DNA of 64,000 bases from Eledone cirrhosa (GCA_964016885.1 OZ024741.1:74028001-74092000); one strand, 5' to 3'; counted from the stretch's first letter, positions 11,400 to 54,000 are shown. The notes: a model not told the origin generated them from the sequence alone. Numbers and translations: made by a program.

Positions 11400-12900
11400 C
11401 TTTCAAATCAGGACACCGCAGCCCACTCAAGTAGAGAATTATTGTTTACAGACATATCTTGAAGGAATTTGTCCAAAGACATTTTGAATTTTATGGGGTC
11501 AGTTTCTGTGTTAATGTGTTTTGGTGTAATGTTAAAGAGAGCAAGACCAATTGAGGTGAAATAGTTGTGCCATATTGTTATGAGATGTAAGTTTGATTTT
11601 TTGTTGTGGACGGATAGCACGGGACTCAAGCCTTGGGTGTACTTTAAAGATGATGTTAACATCATTTGGGCAATGCTGATGGAATATTTTCCACATCATG
11701 CAGATAATGTGGCGTTGGGGAGAATAAAGGTTGAGATTTTCTAGTCAACCCCAATAGTCAAGGCCTGTCATGCCATCTATCTTTTTTGTGATTGACCTTT
11801 GAGATGCCTCAATTTTCAGGATACTTTGTTTCATGTGGATAACAGTATTCAAGGTAGGGTCAGCCAAAAGTAGAGAAGAGAAGGATAATGGTGTGGAAAT
11901 GTGTAGACTGGAAAATTCTGAGTCCATGAACACATTCTGCGGGCTATATCAACTTTTCTGTTTATGAGTGGCTCAGCTTGTTGTTATCAACAATTACTCC
12001 CAAGTCTCTGATGTTGTTGGATGACACAAGAGTTTTGCCCGAAGGAAGGGAATATGGGAGTTTCAGTGCATCCTCTTTTTCAGAGTGGATTAACTCGTTC
12101 AGCAGCATATTGTTCTTTTCTGCCCATTGGTCTGACTGAAGGCATGTCTGGTCACCCACTCCATTGATGACCTTCTGGAGCTTGGAATCATCTGCAAAGA
12201 TTCTTGATGATGTCAGTAATCTTATTTATATAAATAATGAAAAGTAGTGGGCTAAACAGTGCCTTGTGGAATGCCATTACTGACTTTGGTTGGGCTTGGT
12301 TTTACTCCTTTGACTACATGTTGGGCTCTGTCTGTCAGGAAACACTTGATCTATTGCAGTAACTTTCCAGACACACCAATGTTAGATAGTTTTTTCTATA
12401 GAATGTTGTGATCAACCCGGTCAAAGACCTTGCTGAAATCAAGGTAGAGGAGATGCAAGTTGGTGTCAACACACCTCCAGGACACAAGCAAGGAATCCTC
12501 GGGACCTACTGCTGAATTGTGTAATTTCTTTTATTGCTGCTAAGACATCAGGGGCACCAAACATTATGTCTGATATAGTGTGTTGGGGATTAACATCACA
12601 GTATTGTATCTTACCCATGGTTTTGGCATTAATTTGGAGAGTGTCATTTTCATCAGTTAGAGGGATAACAGTGGAGACAGTGACCTTATGTTTTCTCGCA
12701 ACTGAAAAGAACACTTTGGGATTGATTTTGATTTTCTCAATGGCCCATTTCTCCTCAGCTGTACTTTGGTTATTGATAAGTCTTCATGCATTGTTGGAGT
12801 TTATATTTTTTTTATTTGAGCAGTGTGATAGCTGTCAAATGTGTTGGTTGCTGTTGGCAGTATTTTAGTTTAATTTTTTTTGTTTGTTCTTTTTATTTTT
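11400..12900 (-). mobile_element. Old degenerate CR1/L2-group LINE RT remnant
   Basis: Minus-strand fragments LDFSKVFDRVDHNIL, NGIPQGTV, FADDSKL, IRDLGVIVDN and KIEASQRSITKKIDGMTGLDYW, with many stops and frameshifts. Confidence 0.7.
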
Positions 12901-15900
12901 CTGATCCGCTATGATGATGAATTTTCTTTAAGGAATGAAATATTTTTTTATAGAAATCAAGCTCTGGATAGTGCAAGATCACTTCAGCACAAAAATTTCC
13001 ATTGAGAAAAATATTGCTCAGTTTTTCATAATCTGTGAAATCCTATGAAAAAAAGAATCTTTCAAATTTGCTATTACAGTATCCACTACCTGCAAATAAT
13101 GCACTCTGTTTCTTTTAAGTTTATTTAAGGTACACCCTCATATGGCTTGTGGGTCGCTGCCCTGGCTGACCCCTCTCAGGGGGCCTGTATAGTTGAGTGT
13201 GTATGTGTGTTTGCAAATGGAGTCTTCCCAATTGAACTATCTTCAAAAAAACTCTTTCTCAAAAAGAGAATATTTATTAAGATTTAACTCTACAACAAAT
13301 CTCTAAAATTGCAATGTTTGTTTTATATTATGAAGATATTTATATTAATTCTTAAAATGTCCTAAATGTAAATTAATCTCAAGAAAAAGTAATATATATA
13401 TATTGTGTGCAGAAAAAGCTCACTTGAAAAAGGTGATGGTTTTTATAAGTGTCGTGATCAATGAAAATGTTGTCTGAGAAATTAATTGAGGATATTATAT
13501 ACTACAGAAAAACAGAAGCAGCTGAAATTCAAGAGTAGAAAATAGAATTATTTGCATTTCCATTGAGTTTGATAAACACTGTATTGTTTATTTATCTATA
13601 TTCACTTAGTGAGACAAATACATATAAAAATGTTCTACAATTCTCATTTGAATGATCTTTTTTAATTTTTAGCAAATATATATTTATATAAATATATGCA
13701 CATAAATAAACATGTAAAAATATGTATTATACACATGTATGACTTGTTAGTGGGATTTTCTTTGTTTTTTAATTGGGAAAAAGTTAAGGGGACAAATGGT
13801 TTGTCCCCCATTCCTGAAAAAAAAGGGGGGGGAGGCTTGTCCCCTGGTATGCCCCTGAAACAAGGCCCTTGCTATAAATTTAGTACCACTGATTCTATTA
13901 ATTCCTTAGGGAATTGTTAAACTAAATGCTTAGCTTGTTTTATTTTTTTAATTTTTATTCTTTCCCTAAGACTTGATATTTTTTTAAAGCAAAGCATTGG
14001 TCCTGAAATACTACCATGGGCACTCGCTTGCCATCAAGCAGCCTGGCAACCTAGCTAGTCTGTCACTGCACACACACACTTGTTATTCTTGTCGTTTAGG
14101 CCTGTTACAGGGTTTGGAGGAAATTTCTCCAATGGATAGCTTGTGCTCTTATTATGTAAGGGTTGCTATCAAAGATTTTTTTTTTTTAAGAATGTTCACA
14201 AAAATGTATCAAAATCTTGGAGAAAACACTAAACTACCATGTACACCTTTATATATCCTTTTGGTGATGTTTCTAACTTTGGTTATTTCTTTTCAATTCC
14301 ACATATTTTTTTCAATTTATTTAGACTGTTGTCAGTAATATTTTGTTTTGATGTAGATTTCAGTCTTGGCACAGGTGAGTAAATGCAAAAAAAAAAAGTT
14401 AAGACGTAATTTGCATGTTTTTAGATTCACAAATTGTTTTAGCTGATTTTCATTATTGTGGTTTAATTTTGCAATAGTTTGTATGAGAGAAACTATAAGT
14501 TTAACAGTATCGTTATTTATTGATATAACCTATTCTCTCTAACTTACCCACCCACTGTGATCGAGGAACGTGAGGCTGCCTGCGAGACTTGGAACTGGCT
14601 AGGACTCCACCCAGTAGATATCCCTCCTCCTGTAGAGAATATGGGATGTTGTCCACTACAAAGGTTATGATTGACTAAAATCCCTTTAACCCTTTAGCAT
14701 TTACATTACTCTATATTTACTATTGTATTTTCATAGTAAAAGCTTTGTCTCACATAATATCAAAGCTAAGAGAATTTAATATTATTTATTTTGAGAATAA
14801 TACTTTAACATCAATATGATCGGCTGGTTTAAAAGGAAAGAGGTGAGAATTCTGGCCAGATACGCCTGGCTTAAATGCTTAAAAGGTTGTGAAGTGGCAG
14901 CATCTCACTCTTGTCTTATTCCTCTCTTCACAAAATCCTCCTCCTTAGTTTCCCTCCACTCACATCCTTCAAATCCTTCTTATCCAATCCATGCCAGCAT
15001 GGAATGCCTGACACTCCACAATGCAATATTTTTAAAAACACAGGTGTCTATAAAAGGGCTGGTATTTTTTTTTAATTTTTCATTTTAAAGTTTTTTTACT
15101 TTTATTGTCCTCTTTTTATAGTTGCATATATTTTAATGACTTACTTAAACTTATTTCAATGGCTTTTATTTTGCCTTTTTAATATCCTGTACCACATTAA
15201 ACCATATTAGCAAGACTTTCTTGAAAAGTACAATACAGCACTGAGAGCAGGATTTCAAAAATGAAGGTCTTTATTCTAATACTGCAAATTTTCCACAATC
15301 TATCTGTCCACTAGTACAGCTACTATAAACATTTGAACTAACAAACCTGTTTTGGACAATTTCTGCTAAATCATTACAGGACATTAAAAGTTAATGGTTC
15401 TTTTGTTAAACATGGAATGGAATTTCTAAAACTGTTGTCTGTAAATATAAAGGCATTAAATACTGAAATAAAATAGAAAGCTATTATACATAAAACAAAA
15501 TGTCATTCTGTGATAAGTTTATGAAGGAATCGGGTAAATGTAGGTGAAATTGGTAAGCCTTGTCAGTCTTGATCCAGTAAGCCTACTACCAAAAATGAAT
15601 CCCAGGTCAGTTTTCAGCCAGTAAGCCCATGTGAGTAAAATCACATTTTTATTTGCAGTATATTTAGGACTACTCTGAGTATAATTTAACTATTTCTAAC
15701 TGGCATGTCAATGTAGAGGGCTTCCTTGTTGGTTTAATTAGCTGTTGGTATAATGTTTATCTGGCCTCCTACACAAGGTTCTATCTTTATAGACACAAGT
15801 CTCCCTTCCTCCAGGACACTTACAGAAATAGTGCATACAGTCTCATGGATTCAAGCATGGTAATGCAATCACGAGGCTCCATGTTTGTTCCCTTGTGTGG

Positions 15901-18676
15901 TATTCCTGTCGTGTTTTTACCATAGCCTTGGATTGACCCAGGCTGTGCATGAAATTGGGTAGAATGACGTTAAAGCTACACGTTTATCTCCCTTGGTTAC
16001 TAGTTTTTTTAACAAACATGATTCATTAAAGATGGCATGGTGCACTAGTGTAAGGATGTAATACATGATCAGAGATAGAACTAGTCGAATTAGTGTAGAT
16101 TTATATATACTCATTAAAGATGGTTAATAGTTTCGAAAAATTCTAATTTCTGTACATTAAGCTTTTTAAAACTTTTATTGCCCTATTGCTAATAATACAC
16201 ACCCCCCCCCCCCCCCCATTTTGAAAATAAAGAATTTGGAGGGATTTAGTAATACTACTTTTGCATTAAGTTGGTGTTAGGGACATAGCAAATGTTCTTA
16301 TATAAAATTATGACAAAAGGTGTTTTTAGATAAACTCTTTAAACAGTTTCGTATTGTAGAAACAGGGATGCTTTTAAGGAAATAGATTATGCATATATTT
16401 AAAATATTTTACACACGAACTCTAGCCATCTCAGAGCATAAACGCACAAAAAATTAAAACTTTTTATTGAAAATGTATTAGAATTTGTACAATTCAGTTT
16501 TATAGATCTTTCTTTATTGTATTAAATAGACAAGAGAAGTTGAAATATAAAAAGCTATGCATAAGATATCAGACTCTACTAAAAGTTTAAGACGTCTTAA
16601 TTTTGTACATTAAGGCAAGGCAATGAAAACAAAAGAAAATCCTACAAATCAGCAGATATAAAATTGATGAAATAATTTGTAATATAGTCAAAATGAGATC
16701 CCAAGAAAGTATCAGTTGACTATTTCCCAGTGCCAAGGGGTCATGGATTGACAAAATTGTCAGAGCATCAAACAAAATGCTTTATGATCATTCAGAGTTC
16801 AATTCCTGCCATGATAGAATTTTACCTTTCATTCTTTGAGGTCGATAAAATAGAGTACCAGACAAGTAGTGAAATGAAATTTACAGTTCATACCTATGTG
16901 GGATTTTGCTGGCCTCCAAGGTTGTATCTCAAAGGTTTTGGGGTATTTTAATAATAGGGGTCCCTAGTCCATTGATGAAAAGCAATCATCTAAAATGAAG
17001 TATCTTGCCAAATGTGCTGTCTGGTCAAGGATCCATAACCTTATGATTGAGAGTTCAACACCCAAACCACTAGATCATGTCTTCATTTCATTTCAGTAGA
17101 AGAGACAGAAAGAGGACATAGGTCAAGGATAGAGCAGTGTTGGAGTGTAATGGTTAGTCTATCAGGTTGAAGGATTTTGTTTTTGATTCAGTGAAAGTGT
17201 GAACAACATGCATAGATTCTCCTTGACTCCACCACTTTGATACCCACAGCATTTCTTAATCCTTTTGAGACTAAACAGCCCTTGTTTTTATGATACATAA
17301 ATATGAAGACTTAAAACAAATTTTGTCAGAACCTTTAAGTTATGCTCCAAACCCGAGATAAATAAGAAAGTTTATATTACTAATTCTCGATTATTTTAAA
17401 ATCATATTGTCATGCATTATAGTAATATTGAGGTAACAAATGTTAGTGTAGCAAAAGAGGACACAGCTGTACAGGCAACTGAAAATCACAATGGCTACTG
17501 CCTACATTACACTACATATACCCTCTTAAACTAAAAATGTGGAGGTATTTCATTGTCACAGATACAAATATTACTCTGACCACTGCAATAAAATATTTGT
17601 GGTTCCAAGAAATTGAGTTTTGACTTGCATTGGGTGTGGATTATAGTGAGTACTGTGTCAGACGACCCAGATTTATTATTCTTATTCACGATTTCTAGGA
17701 CTAGTGGCAAAGTAGACTGTGAGAACAGGATGTAGTGGGATGACCTTCATGTTTCACTATATTCTGAGGTACACATCCCACAGTGACATTGCTGGATATC
17801 ACCTTTCTGCCTCTTGAAACTTGTGCACAGAAGATTGGGTTTTTTCCCCACACAGTCTGACAGAAATCCAAGCTTCACACATGTAAAGTGACAAGGGCAA
17901 TTTGGTATAATGGTCCATTTTCTTTTAAAGAGGAGTATGTGATTTGAGGGAGATTTAGTTATTTCTAACAGGCTGAACAGCCACTTATAAGTTTATTCCA
18001 TTGTTTGCTGAGTGAGGCTTGTGTATTGTTCCTGAGAAGAAAGGTTTCACTGTTAGGGTCAGAGGCTGACTGATCGTACAGGCATTTGGGCAATGCTTGG
18101 TGAGCAGAGAAAAAAAAAAGGCCATAAAACACTGGTCATATAGTTGTTGCACAAAGATTGGGATAAAAATAGAATGTGTTAAATGTAAGCAGTAAAAACA
18201 TACATCTAGCCCTCAGCAGTCAGTGTAGCCCAGATACCTGGGTTGGGAGTGACTTTGTTTGAGGTGTGTAGTACTTGTCATGGTGCTGTTGTGGAGGGAA
18301 ACCAACCAAATATGGAGAATAGGTCAAGAAAAATGTGATTATCCAGCAGACATAGAACACACATCATCAGAACTGGTTTTCACTTGGTTTCTACAGCTGG
18401 ATGCTCTTCCTAATACCAACCACATTTATAGTATGTGCTAGGTGCTTTTTGTTGACACCTACACAACCACTTTACAGTGTGGACTGGGCACCTCACAAAG
18501 GAAATCATTTAAAATTATTGTTCCCCCCCAGTGAGTGTAACATAAGATAGTGTTTTCAACCAAATTTACTTAGAAAAAAGTAAAAGGTATCTATACAACC
18601 CATATATATGTATGTATAAATATATAACTGTATATATAATAAAAAAATAAGTTAAGATTCCATAAAGTTGTTCTGG

Positions 18677-46149
<27,473 letters not shown>

Positions 46150-46205
46150 AATTAACTGACATGTGTTGTATGGCAAGGGAGAAAACTCTCATACTGGAAA
46201 TAACG

Positions 46206-46416
46206 GTTTCTTATATAGGCACAAGGCCAGCAATTTGGTGGGAGGGGGAATTAAATCGACCTCAGTGCATAACTGGTATTTTATTTTATCGACCCCTTAA
46301 GGATGAAAGGCAAAGTTAACCTCGGCAGGATTTGAACTCAGATCATAAAGGGCCATAACTCTATGCTGCAAAGCATGGCGTCCGACACTCTACCGATACT
46401 TCCAATCCACTGCCCT
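46206..46416 (-). mobile_element. Complete tRNA-derived SINE with 11-bp TSD
   Basis: TSD TGGAAATAACG at 46195-46205 and 46417-46427; B-box GAGTTCAAATCC; central GCCTTTCATCCTTAAGGGGTCGATAAAAT block. Confidence 0.88.
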
Positions 46417-46550
46417 TGGAAATAACGATCGGTCGCTGGATATCAATCGTAGTGTTCAATTTTTTCGATTAACGGAGCAGCCGGCTCCTAAAATTAGCAT
46501 GTAAGTAGCTGAGCATTCTACAGACACCTGTATCCGAATTACTAAAGGTA

Positions 46551-46866
46551 TTTTTTTTTAAAGATGAAATAAATCTTTTATTCACAGTTGTATTAAAATA
46601 TAATAATATAGTGCTTACAGATCGAAAACAAACACACAATATATACAAATATGAACGCATAAAAGAGAGATAAAAAAAATACATAAAAAGGGATGGGGTA
46701 AAACACCACCAAGTACGACAATCGGCCGCACATCCCAACACTTTGAGACAAGCTAATACACTCGCAGCATTGCCACTGGTGATGGCGAGGCTAAGGCGCT
46801 GAAATAACCAGGTACCCTCATGGGCATCACCTGACACCTCAATAAGGTGAGTCACCAGTACCTCTG
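46551..46866 (-). mobile_element. 3' fragment of CRE-like (restriction-like endonuclease) non-LTR element
   Basis: WLFQRLSLAITSGNAASVL C-terminal motif followed by a T-rich UTR and A-tail. Confidence 0.7.
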
Positions 46867-46869
46867 TTC

Positions 46870-48460
46870 AGTAAAGGAGAAAGTCTTGCAGCTTTACCAC
46901 TTTCTGCGACAGTTTCCTACTATCTGCCACAAGGATCCAACAGGGTGACCCACTTGGACCTGCTCTTTTCGCACTGGGTAAGATGGGAATTGACCGAGAT
47001 CTGAATGTCTGGTATCTGGATGATGCTTGCTTGGCGGGGTCCTCCAGATAAGGTCCTTGCAACCATGAAGACAATGATTGAGGAGCTGTATCATAGGGGC
47101 CTTCACATCAACACTTCCAAATTCGAGCTCTGGCTCCTCAACCACCCAGCTTCGCATCAGTGGACCTATTTACAGAGTCCTTCCCCTCCATCACAGTTCC
47201 TCCCCCATCAGCATTGGGCTCCCTTGGAGCCCCAATTACTGACCAAGCCTTCGAGTCCATCTTTCAATCTAAATTGGCTAACCTTGAGTAACTTTTAAAA
47301 AAATCTAAAAGTCATCGATCCTTGACAAGGTTTTTTTTTATACTTAAGAATTATTTGTCAATCTCTAAGTTGTTGAATTTCCTCAGAGTTAGTCCCTCTT
47401 ATAAATTCTTGTTGTTTCTCCAATGCTTCGACAACCCTATATTCAGTGAGCTCAATGGTCTGGTCAATGTCTGACTCTCTCGAGAGTCCCATGACCAAGC
47501 TGCCTTGCCCAAACTGTTTGGAGGTCTTGGTCTGTACATCTTTGTTTCTACCTTGCTTTCCTTCCTCCATCCATGCATGCTCCCCTTTAGTGAGTGACAT
47601 CCCCTCCTTCCCAACATGAACTAGTTCCACCAGGGAGTTGGATGAAGCGTTACAACAATGAAAAGAGCTGGGTTTGTCAGTTCCTGTTACTGAAGAGGAT
47701 ATATGGAAGCAGAGAGTATGGGACAATCTGTGTTCAAGGGAAACTTTCAACTCTCTCTTTGATCATCCCGATCAATTTTCTAGGTGCTGTTTAGTTTCTG
47801 CAAGCACAAAGTTCTCGTGGGACTGGATTGATACCCTGCCTGTAACCAATATTGGTGCCCTTCTCAGTCAGGATGAGCTCCACATCTCCATTGCACTTCG
47901 AGTGGGAGCCGAGTGGGAGCTTTGAGATGCTTCTCTGGTAAGTCCCTAAACTCCACGGGTCTACATGATTTCTCCTGCTGCCTGAATACTGGTTGTTTTG
48001 CCTGCCACACTGAGTTACCCTGATCATCAAACGGACCCTGGCTTGGGTAAATATCTCCACAGTTCTGGAGATGGCTGGTTTATCCAGAAGTGATGGGAAG
48101 AGACCAGACAACCTTACCCTTGCCCCAGGGTAAGAGGTAGGTGTCTCATCTGGGACACCACAACCCGTGACTATTTTCCTCCCTTCCACATCATAGACGC
48201 CATGGTAAACTGCTTCCGTTGCCAAATAGAATAAAATTAGGAAATGCCTGGATTTATCCAGTAATTATTTTTTCCAGCCTGTGGCGTTCGCAACATTTGG
48301 TGAGTTGGGCCATTGACAGCGAAGTTCTTGTCATCGTTGGTGGCTCACCTTACTGAGGTGTCAGGTGATTCCTGTGAGGATGCTTGGTTGTTTCAGTGCC
48401 TTAGCCTCATCATCACCTGTGGCAATGCTGCGAGCGTATTGGCTTGCCTCAAGGAACTTC
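46870..48460 (+). mobile_element. Degenerate CRE-like non-LTR retrotransposon (RT + RLE)
   Basis: IQQGDPLGPALFAL, NVWYLDDA, GLHINTSKFELW, DGKRPDNLTL, FFQPVAFATFG, WLFQCLSL...GNAASVL. Confidence 0.8.
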
Positions 48461-49489
48461 AAATTGATAGTGTGTGACTCGGCTGGTCCCTTTGAATAGC
48501 AGATACAGTCAATCTGACAGGCATTGAAACAGTTTACACCTACCCAGTTTCATTCATAAAGCATGAGTTGACCCGTGGTAAGTGGTAAGTGACAAGTGAC
48601 ACTTTCCCATGATGCCACGCAGTAAGATAGAACTCAGCACCTAATGTTTGCAAAGTGAGCCTCTTAACCATTCTGTCATACTACATTCACAACCGGAAAT
48701 ACCTAGTTATCATTGGAATACAAAATGTAAGCAATGTCTCTCCTGATAAATACTTACATATATGGTAAAGAAACCTAGCTGTAAGCATTTTATTGAGCCA
48801 ACACTTCACAATTTTTTGTTCACATAGGTAGTATTGGTGGTCCATGAAAAATGAATTAAGCTCAAATTTTCAAGTACTTTGTTAATAAAACCATGGTATT
48901 TAGCAACCTAGGCTAACTCGATAATGTACATCCCCTTCTCCAAATAAAATGATTTCAACTTACAGTTTTGGTAAGTTGACAAAACTAGCTTTTGACACTG
49001 CCTGCTCTGATCACACAAAAAAAATTACTAATCCCGCATTTTCCATTACACAGTCCATGTTCACCCGCACCAAATCATGTGTAGGGTCATAACACTATAC
49101 AATCCTCTCTATCACTTTGGATATTTCCATAACACTGCTACATGGCAAAAGATGTTTAGAGATTTACTTACTGATCACAGGAAAATATATATTTAATTCA
49201 ATTATAAAAATTTGTATAAAATGATTCAAAAATGCATCTCTCTGAGGTCTGCACCCCCAATAGCTGCCTGGATGATTTGGGTGTTCAGTGAATGCTGTAT
49301 TATAGGTTCAATAAGAGGTGGTTGATTGGCTAAATAGAGTGCTGGACAAATGAATAGCAATATTTATTCCAGCTGTTTATGTTCTGAGTTCAAATTCTGC
49401 TGAGGTCAACTTTGTCTTTCATCCTTTTGAAATTGATAAAATAAAGTACCAGTCAGTTTTCACAGTTTATTTCCCCTATCTGAGATGAA

Positions 49490-49760
49490 CAAACAGGGCT
49501 GAGGAGAGTAAACTCTCCAAGTATCGGTTGCTCTCTGACAGGTTTGCAGTCGAACCCCTAGCAGTGGAGACTTCTAGTGTCCTTGGCCCTAGGGCTACCT
49601 CCCTACTTACCACCATAGGCACTAAGCTGGCTAGCCGTAGGTGTGACCCTCGCAAGATGGAATGGCTCTTCCAGTGCATCTCCCTTACCATCCTCCGGGG
49701 AAATACCTTCTCCATTCTGTCCGCCAGGGCCGTGGGGAGGCCAGCACATGGGACCCCATT
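49490..49760 (+). mobile_element. CRE-like RLE C-terminal fragment (second family)
   Basis: KLSKY...FAVEPLAVETSSVLGP...WLFQCISLTILRGNTFSIL. Confidence 0.65.
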
Positions 49761-51099
49761 TGCTCATAATAGAGAAAATTGGGAAGGTGAGAGATGGAGG
49801 CGAAGACAGTGTGAGTTTGGCTCTTCTGTGTGCAGTGGACCTGGTGTGCAGCATCAGTTGTCCATAAGTAGGTAGTGTCTCTGCCTAGAAAGTATACCTC
49901 CATGGTTTGCGAAACGTACATGTACTCTTTACCTATAAAACTAGTCTTAGAGAGTAAATATGTTATTCACATGCTAGTCCAAACTGAAGAGTCTTCTTAA
50001 ATTCTATATTGTCTCTGTTTGATTACCAAACATTGTGGCCCTTGATATCTCACCACATTTACTAAAAGTAATCTCACTAGTGCTGGTGCTCTGATAAAAT
50101 GCACCCTGTAAAGTATTAGTGTTGGTGCCATAATAAAATACATCCAGTCCGTTCTGTACAATTGTAATGATTATTCCACAATAATTGTTTCTAGTTTTGA
50201 CACAAGGCCAGCATATGACACATGCCCTAGCACATCCTGTAAAGTGGTAGTACTGGTGCATCAAGTACACTTTGTAAGGTGTTTGTATTAGAATGGGAAT
50301 CCAACCATAGAAACCATGTTAAATTTGGAATATATAAGCAAGATAAGGCTGGACTGATTCATCTGGTCTTGAACTGTGACAACCCATCTAATCCATGCCA
50401 ATGTGGAAAGCAAACAAAAATAGTGCCTAAATACAGACAATAATAATTATCTATTGAAACATTCCTTCCATATACGATCAGAGTGAGAAAAATTCATACA
50501 GCACATTAGTGTCATTTTAGCAACAATCTACATGGACTTAACAATAATTATTTCATATTACAGTGCCTCCATTTTTATCATTTCTTTCGACATTTGGCAG
50601 AAGTGAATAGACATTTGGTCTTCAGATTAGCTGTCCTGGATGTGACAATGTTGAAGCATATTTACTGTGAGAAAGTTAGGATAAAACTGATTGTGTCTCA
50701 AGCAGTTGGTTTACTTAAGGTGTGATAGGGTTCAAGTTGTGGTGGATGTATGGTAGGTAGATTTCATTAGTCAGATGATCCAACAGTTGTAAATGGAGTG
50801 AGAAAAACCCATATACCAAATTCACTCACAAAGTTTTGGTTGGCCTAGGGCTGGCTTAATGTTGTTTGGAAGGGAACATCCTAACAGTAGTCATGCATGT
50901 GCACTTTAAATAGTTAAACTAAATATAAGGCTATTAAATACATATATCATCATCATCATTGTCGTTTTAACATCCGCTTTCCCTGCTAGCAAGGGTTGGA
51001 TGGGTCTCTATAGACCAAGTCAGTACTGAAGCAGAACCACTGGTCTTCCAGGCAGGCCAGAGGCTTGTGCACTTATGTATGGTCTCACATTCCATCGAG

Positions 51100-54000
51100 T
51101 GAGGAGTCCTACAAGGTGACTTGCTTGGACCTGTTCCATTTGCACAGGTCATCGATGATGTTACTAAGATAATGGCTGACCTGGATATAAATGTCTGGGA
51201 TCTTCATGATGCCTGTTTGGGGGTGGGGTCCTCCAGATAAAGTCCTTGCAACTGCGAGTTGAGGAACTCAGTTAAAGGGGCCTCCATGTTAACAGCTCCA
51301 AATGCGAGCTCTGGCTTCTGAACCACCAAGCTTCACATCAGCAAACTATAGACCTGTTTACAGAATCCTTCCCCTGTATTGTGGTACCACCCTCATCAAC
51401 ATGGTGCTTTCTAGGTGTACCAATTACTGACCTAGCTTTCAAGCCCATTTTTCTATCCAAGGCGGCTAACCTTGAGGAACTACTAAAAAACATTGAGTCG
51501 ATTGATCCCAACAAGGTTTTTCTAAATTTAGGAATTATCTGTTCATTCCTAAGTTATTCTATATGCTCAGAGTCAGTCCCTCTTATAGATTCTCATCATT
51601 TCTCCAACACTTTGATGACCTACCTTTTGGTAAACTGGAATGTTTGGTCAACATCAGAATCTCTTCAGAGTCTTGTGATTAGGCTGTGTTGCCCAAACGA
51701 TTTTGGCGTCTCAGTCTGTGTATAAATAAATCTTCCAGCCATCTCAAGCAAGTGACAAAAAAGGCAATGCTTGAATTTGAACAGTGCATAGCAACCAATC
51801 CTGACAGTAAGGTGTTCTGGAAATGTACATTCAAAGCAGAGACCTCACTCTCCAGTTGGTCCTCTTCGCAATCCCCACACAAGCCAGATCGCTGATGATC
51901 CCAAAGAATGCGCAGAACTCATTATACACATAATGCAAGCATTTTTACTGTTGAAAACCAGAATGTACCATCTCCACCACCTCTAACATCAAATTCCATA
52001 ACAACTATGGAATTTACACCTGCAATGCTGCAACGTCACCTTAAGAATAAGCGCAACTATGCCTCGCCTGGTCTTGATGGTGTTACATACATGCTTCTCA
52101 AACATGGCAGGTACTTCCTTTTGCACCAGCTTTCTTTCTTCTTTCAATAGTCTCAACAATGGTGCTACTCCGGAGCAGTGGAAAACTGCCAGTGTCATTC
52201 CCCTGTTCAAAAAGGGTGACCGCACGTCACCTGTCAACTATCGTCCAGTCAGTCTTACTAGCTGTATTGCCAAACTGATAGAATCCTGTGTCAGAGAAAC
52301 ACTTTGGAACTTCTGGAGCTCTCACAGCCTCATCCGGCCTTCGCAATTTGGATTTATCCCTAACTCCAGCTGCTGTGATCAGCTTATCGAGTTCCTTGAA
52401 GACATTACCCGGATCACTGACAGCGGCTCATGGGTGGATGTTGTTTACCTTGACTTTGCTAAAGCTTTTAATTCTGTGCCACACAAAAGACTTATGGCGA
52501 AACTCTCTGCAATGGGTGTGAGGGATGATCTTTTTAAATGGTTGAAATCCTTCATTCTCAGCCGAAAAGAGGTAGTCAAGGTTCTAGGACAGCATTCTTC
52601 ACCATATGAGATGTCATCTGGTGTACCACAGGGATCTGTTCTTGGTCCCCTTTTGTTTGTGGCATATATTAATGACATAGATGCCAACTTAAAGAATGCC
52701 ACGGTACTGAAATATGCAGATGACATCAAGCTGTACCTTGAAATCAAAAGGACTTATCCTGAAATCTACAACTCTTTCCTACAATCAGACCTGGACACAA
52801 TGCACCAAATGATCACAGACTGGCAACTGAAGCTGGCTGTGGACAAGTGTACCACCATGCATTTTGGGAGGAAAAACCCAGCGTCCACATACTCCCTCCA
52901 CAACACTGATATCAAGAAGTCCTCTTGTGAACGTGACCAGGGCATTACTGTCAGCAGCGATTTGCATTGGACAAAGCACGTCTCTAAGATTGTCAAGAAG
53001 GCCGAAGGTGTCTTGGCATCACTCAGCAAGACCTTTGTTAGCAGCTCTCCAGCCATCTATTTAAAACTGTATACAGCTATGGTATGACCACACTTGGAAT
53101 TCACATCATCAGTCTGGAACCCCTATCTTGCTCAGAACATTGACCTCCTGGAAACTGTTCAGGGATGTGCAACCAAGCAAATACCCTCCATCAGACACCT
53201 ACCATACTCTGAACGCCTTGCTTCCCTGGGCATGGATTCATTGAAACTCCGACGTCTGGCAATGGACTTGGTAAACACCCACAAAGTTATTAACCATCTC
53301 GCCAACAACAACCCTGAGCACCTTTTTGATTTCCATGTGTCTAACACACGTGGACATGCCTACAAAATCAGAAAACAGCACAGCTCCCATGACTTTCGGA
53401 AACATTTTTTCACGCTCAGAGTTGCTGAAGCATGGAACAAACTGCCTGCGTCAGTTGTTAGCTGCTGAGACACTGCATCCTTTAAAACCCTCATGCTTCC
53501 CGAAATTCGCCAAAACTACACCTGATGTCCCCCTTCCATACACATGCACACGTGTATATCATGACTCATGCACTGTTCATTTTCCTGACGTTTGTACATT
53601 ACCCTATGTACTATACATACACTTTTGATGAGTTGCAGTGCACCTGAGCACTGTACACAATATTTTCATTATTATTTTTATTATTATTATAAATGCTTGT
53701 CTCTGTCTCTTTCTTCCATCCATGCTTGTTCCTCTTTGGTAAATAACATCCTCTAATCTCCAACATGGACTAGTACCAACAGGGAGATGGATGTAGCTCT
53801 ACTACAGTGGAGGGAGCTAGGTTTGTCAGTTCCTGAAACAGAGGATAGACTGAAGCAGAGTTTCGGACAATCTCTGTTCGAGGGATATCTTCAATTCTCT
53901 CTTAGATCAATCTGATCAATTCTCAAGGTGTCACTTATTTTCTACAAGTGCAAAATTCTAGGGGGACTAGGTTGATGCCTTGCCCATGGCCAACATCAGT

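Noticed and set aside
13120-13870. GC-rich ends resembling MITE termini (CAGGGGGCCTG; CAAGGCCCT)
   Set aside because: No matching TIR pair or TSD could be defined.
46150-46176. Upstream TTG start for NHLRC2 given by the ORF track (MPYNTCQLI...)
   Set aside because: Non-AUG start from prokaryote-style ORF calling; the ATG at 46149 has good context and gives a length matching orthologues.
46206-46416. tRNA gene
   Set aside because: It has a B-box but no cloverleaf, is multi-copy with a shared body and has a TSD, so it is a SINE.
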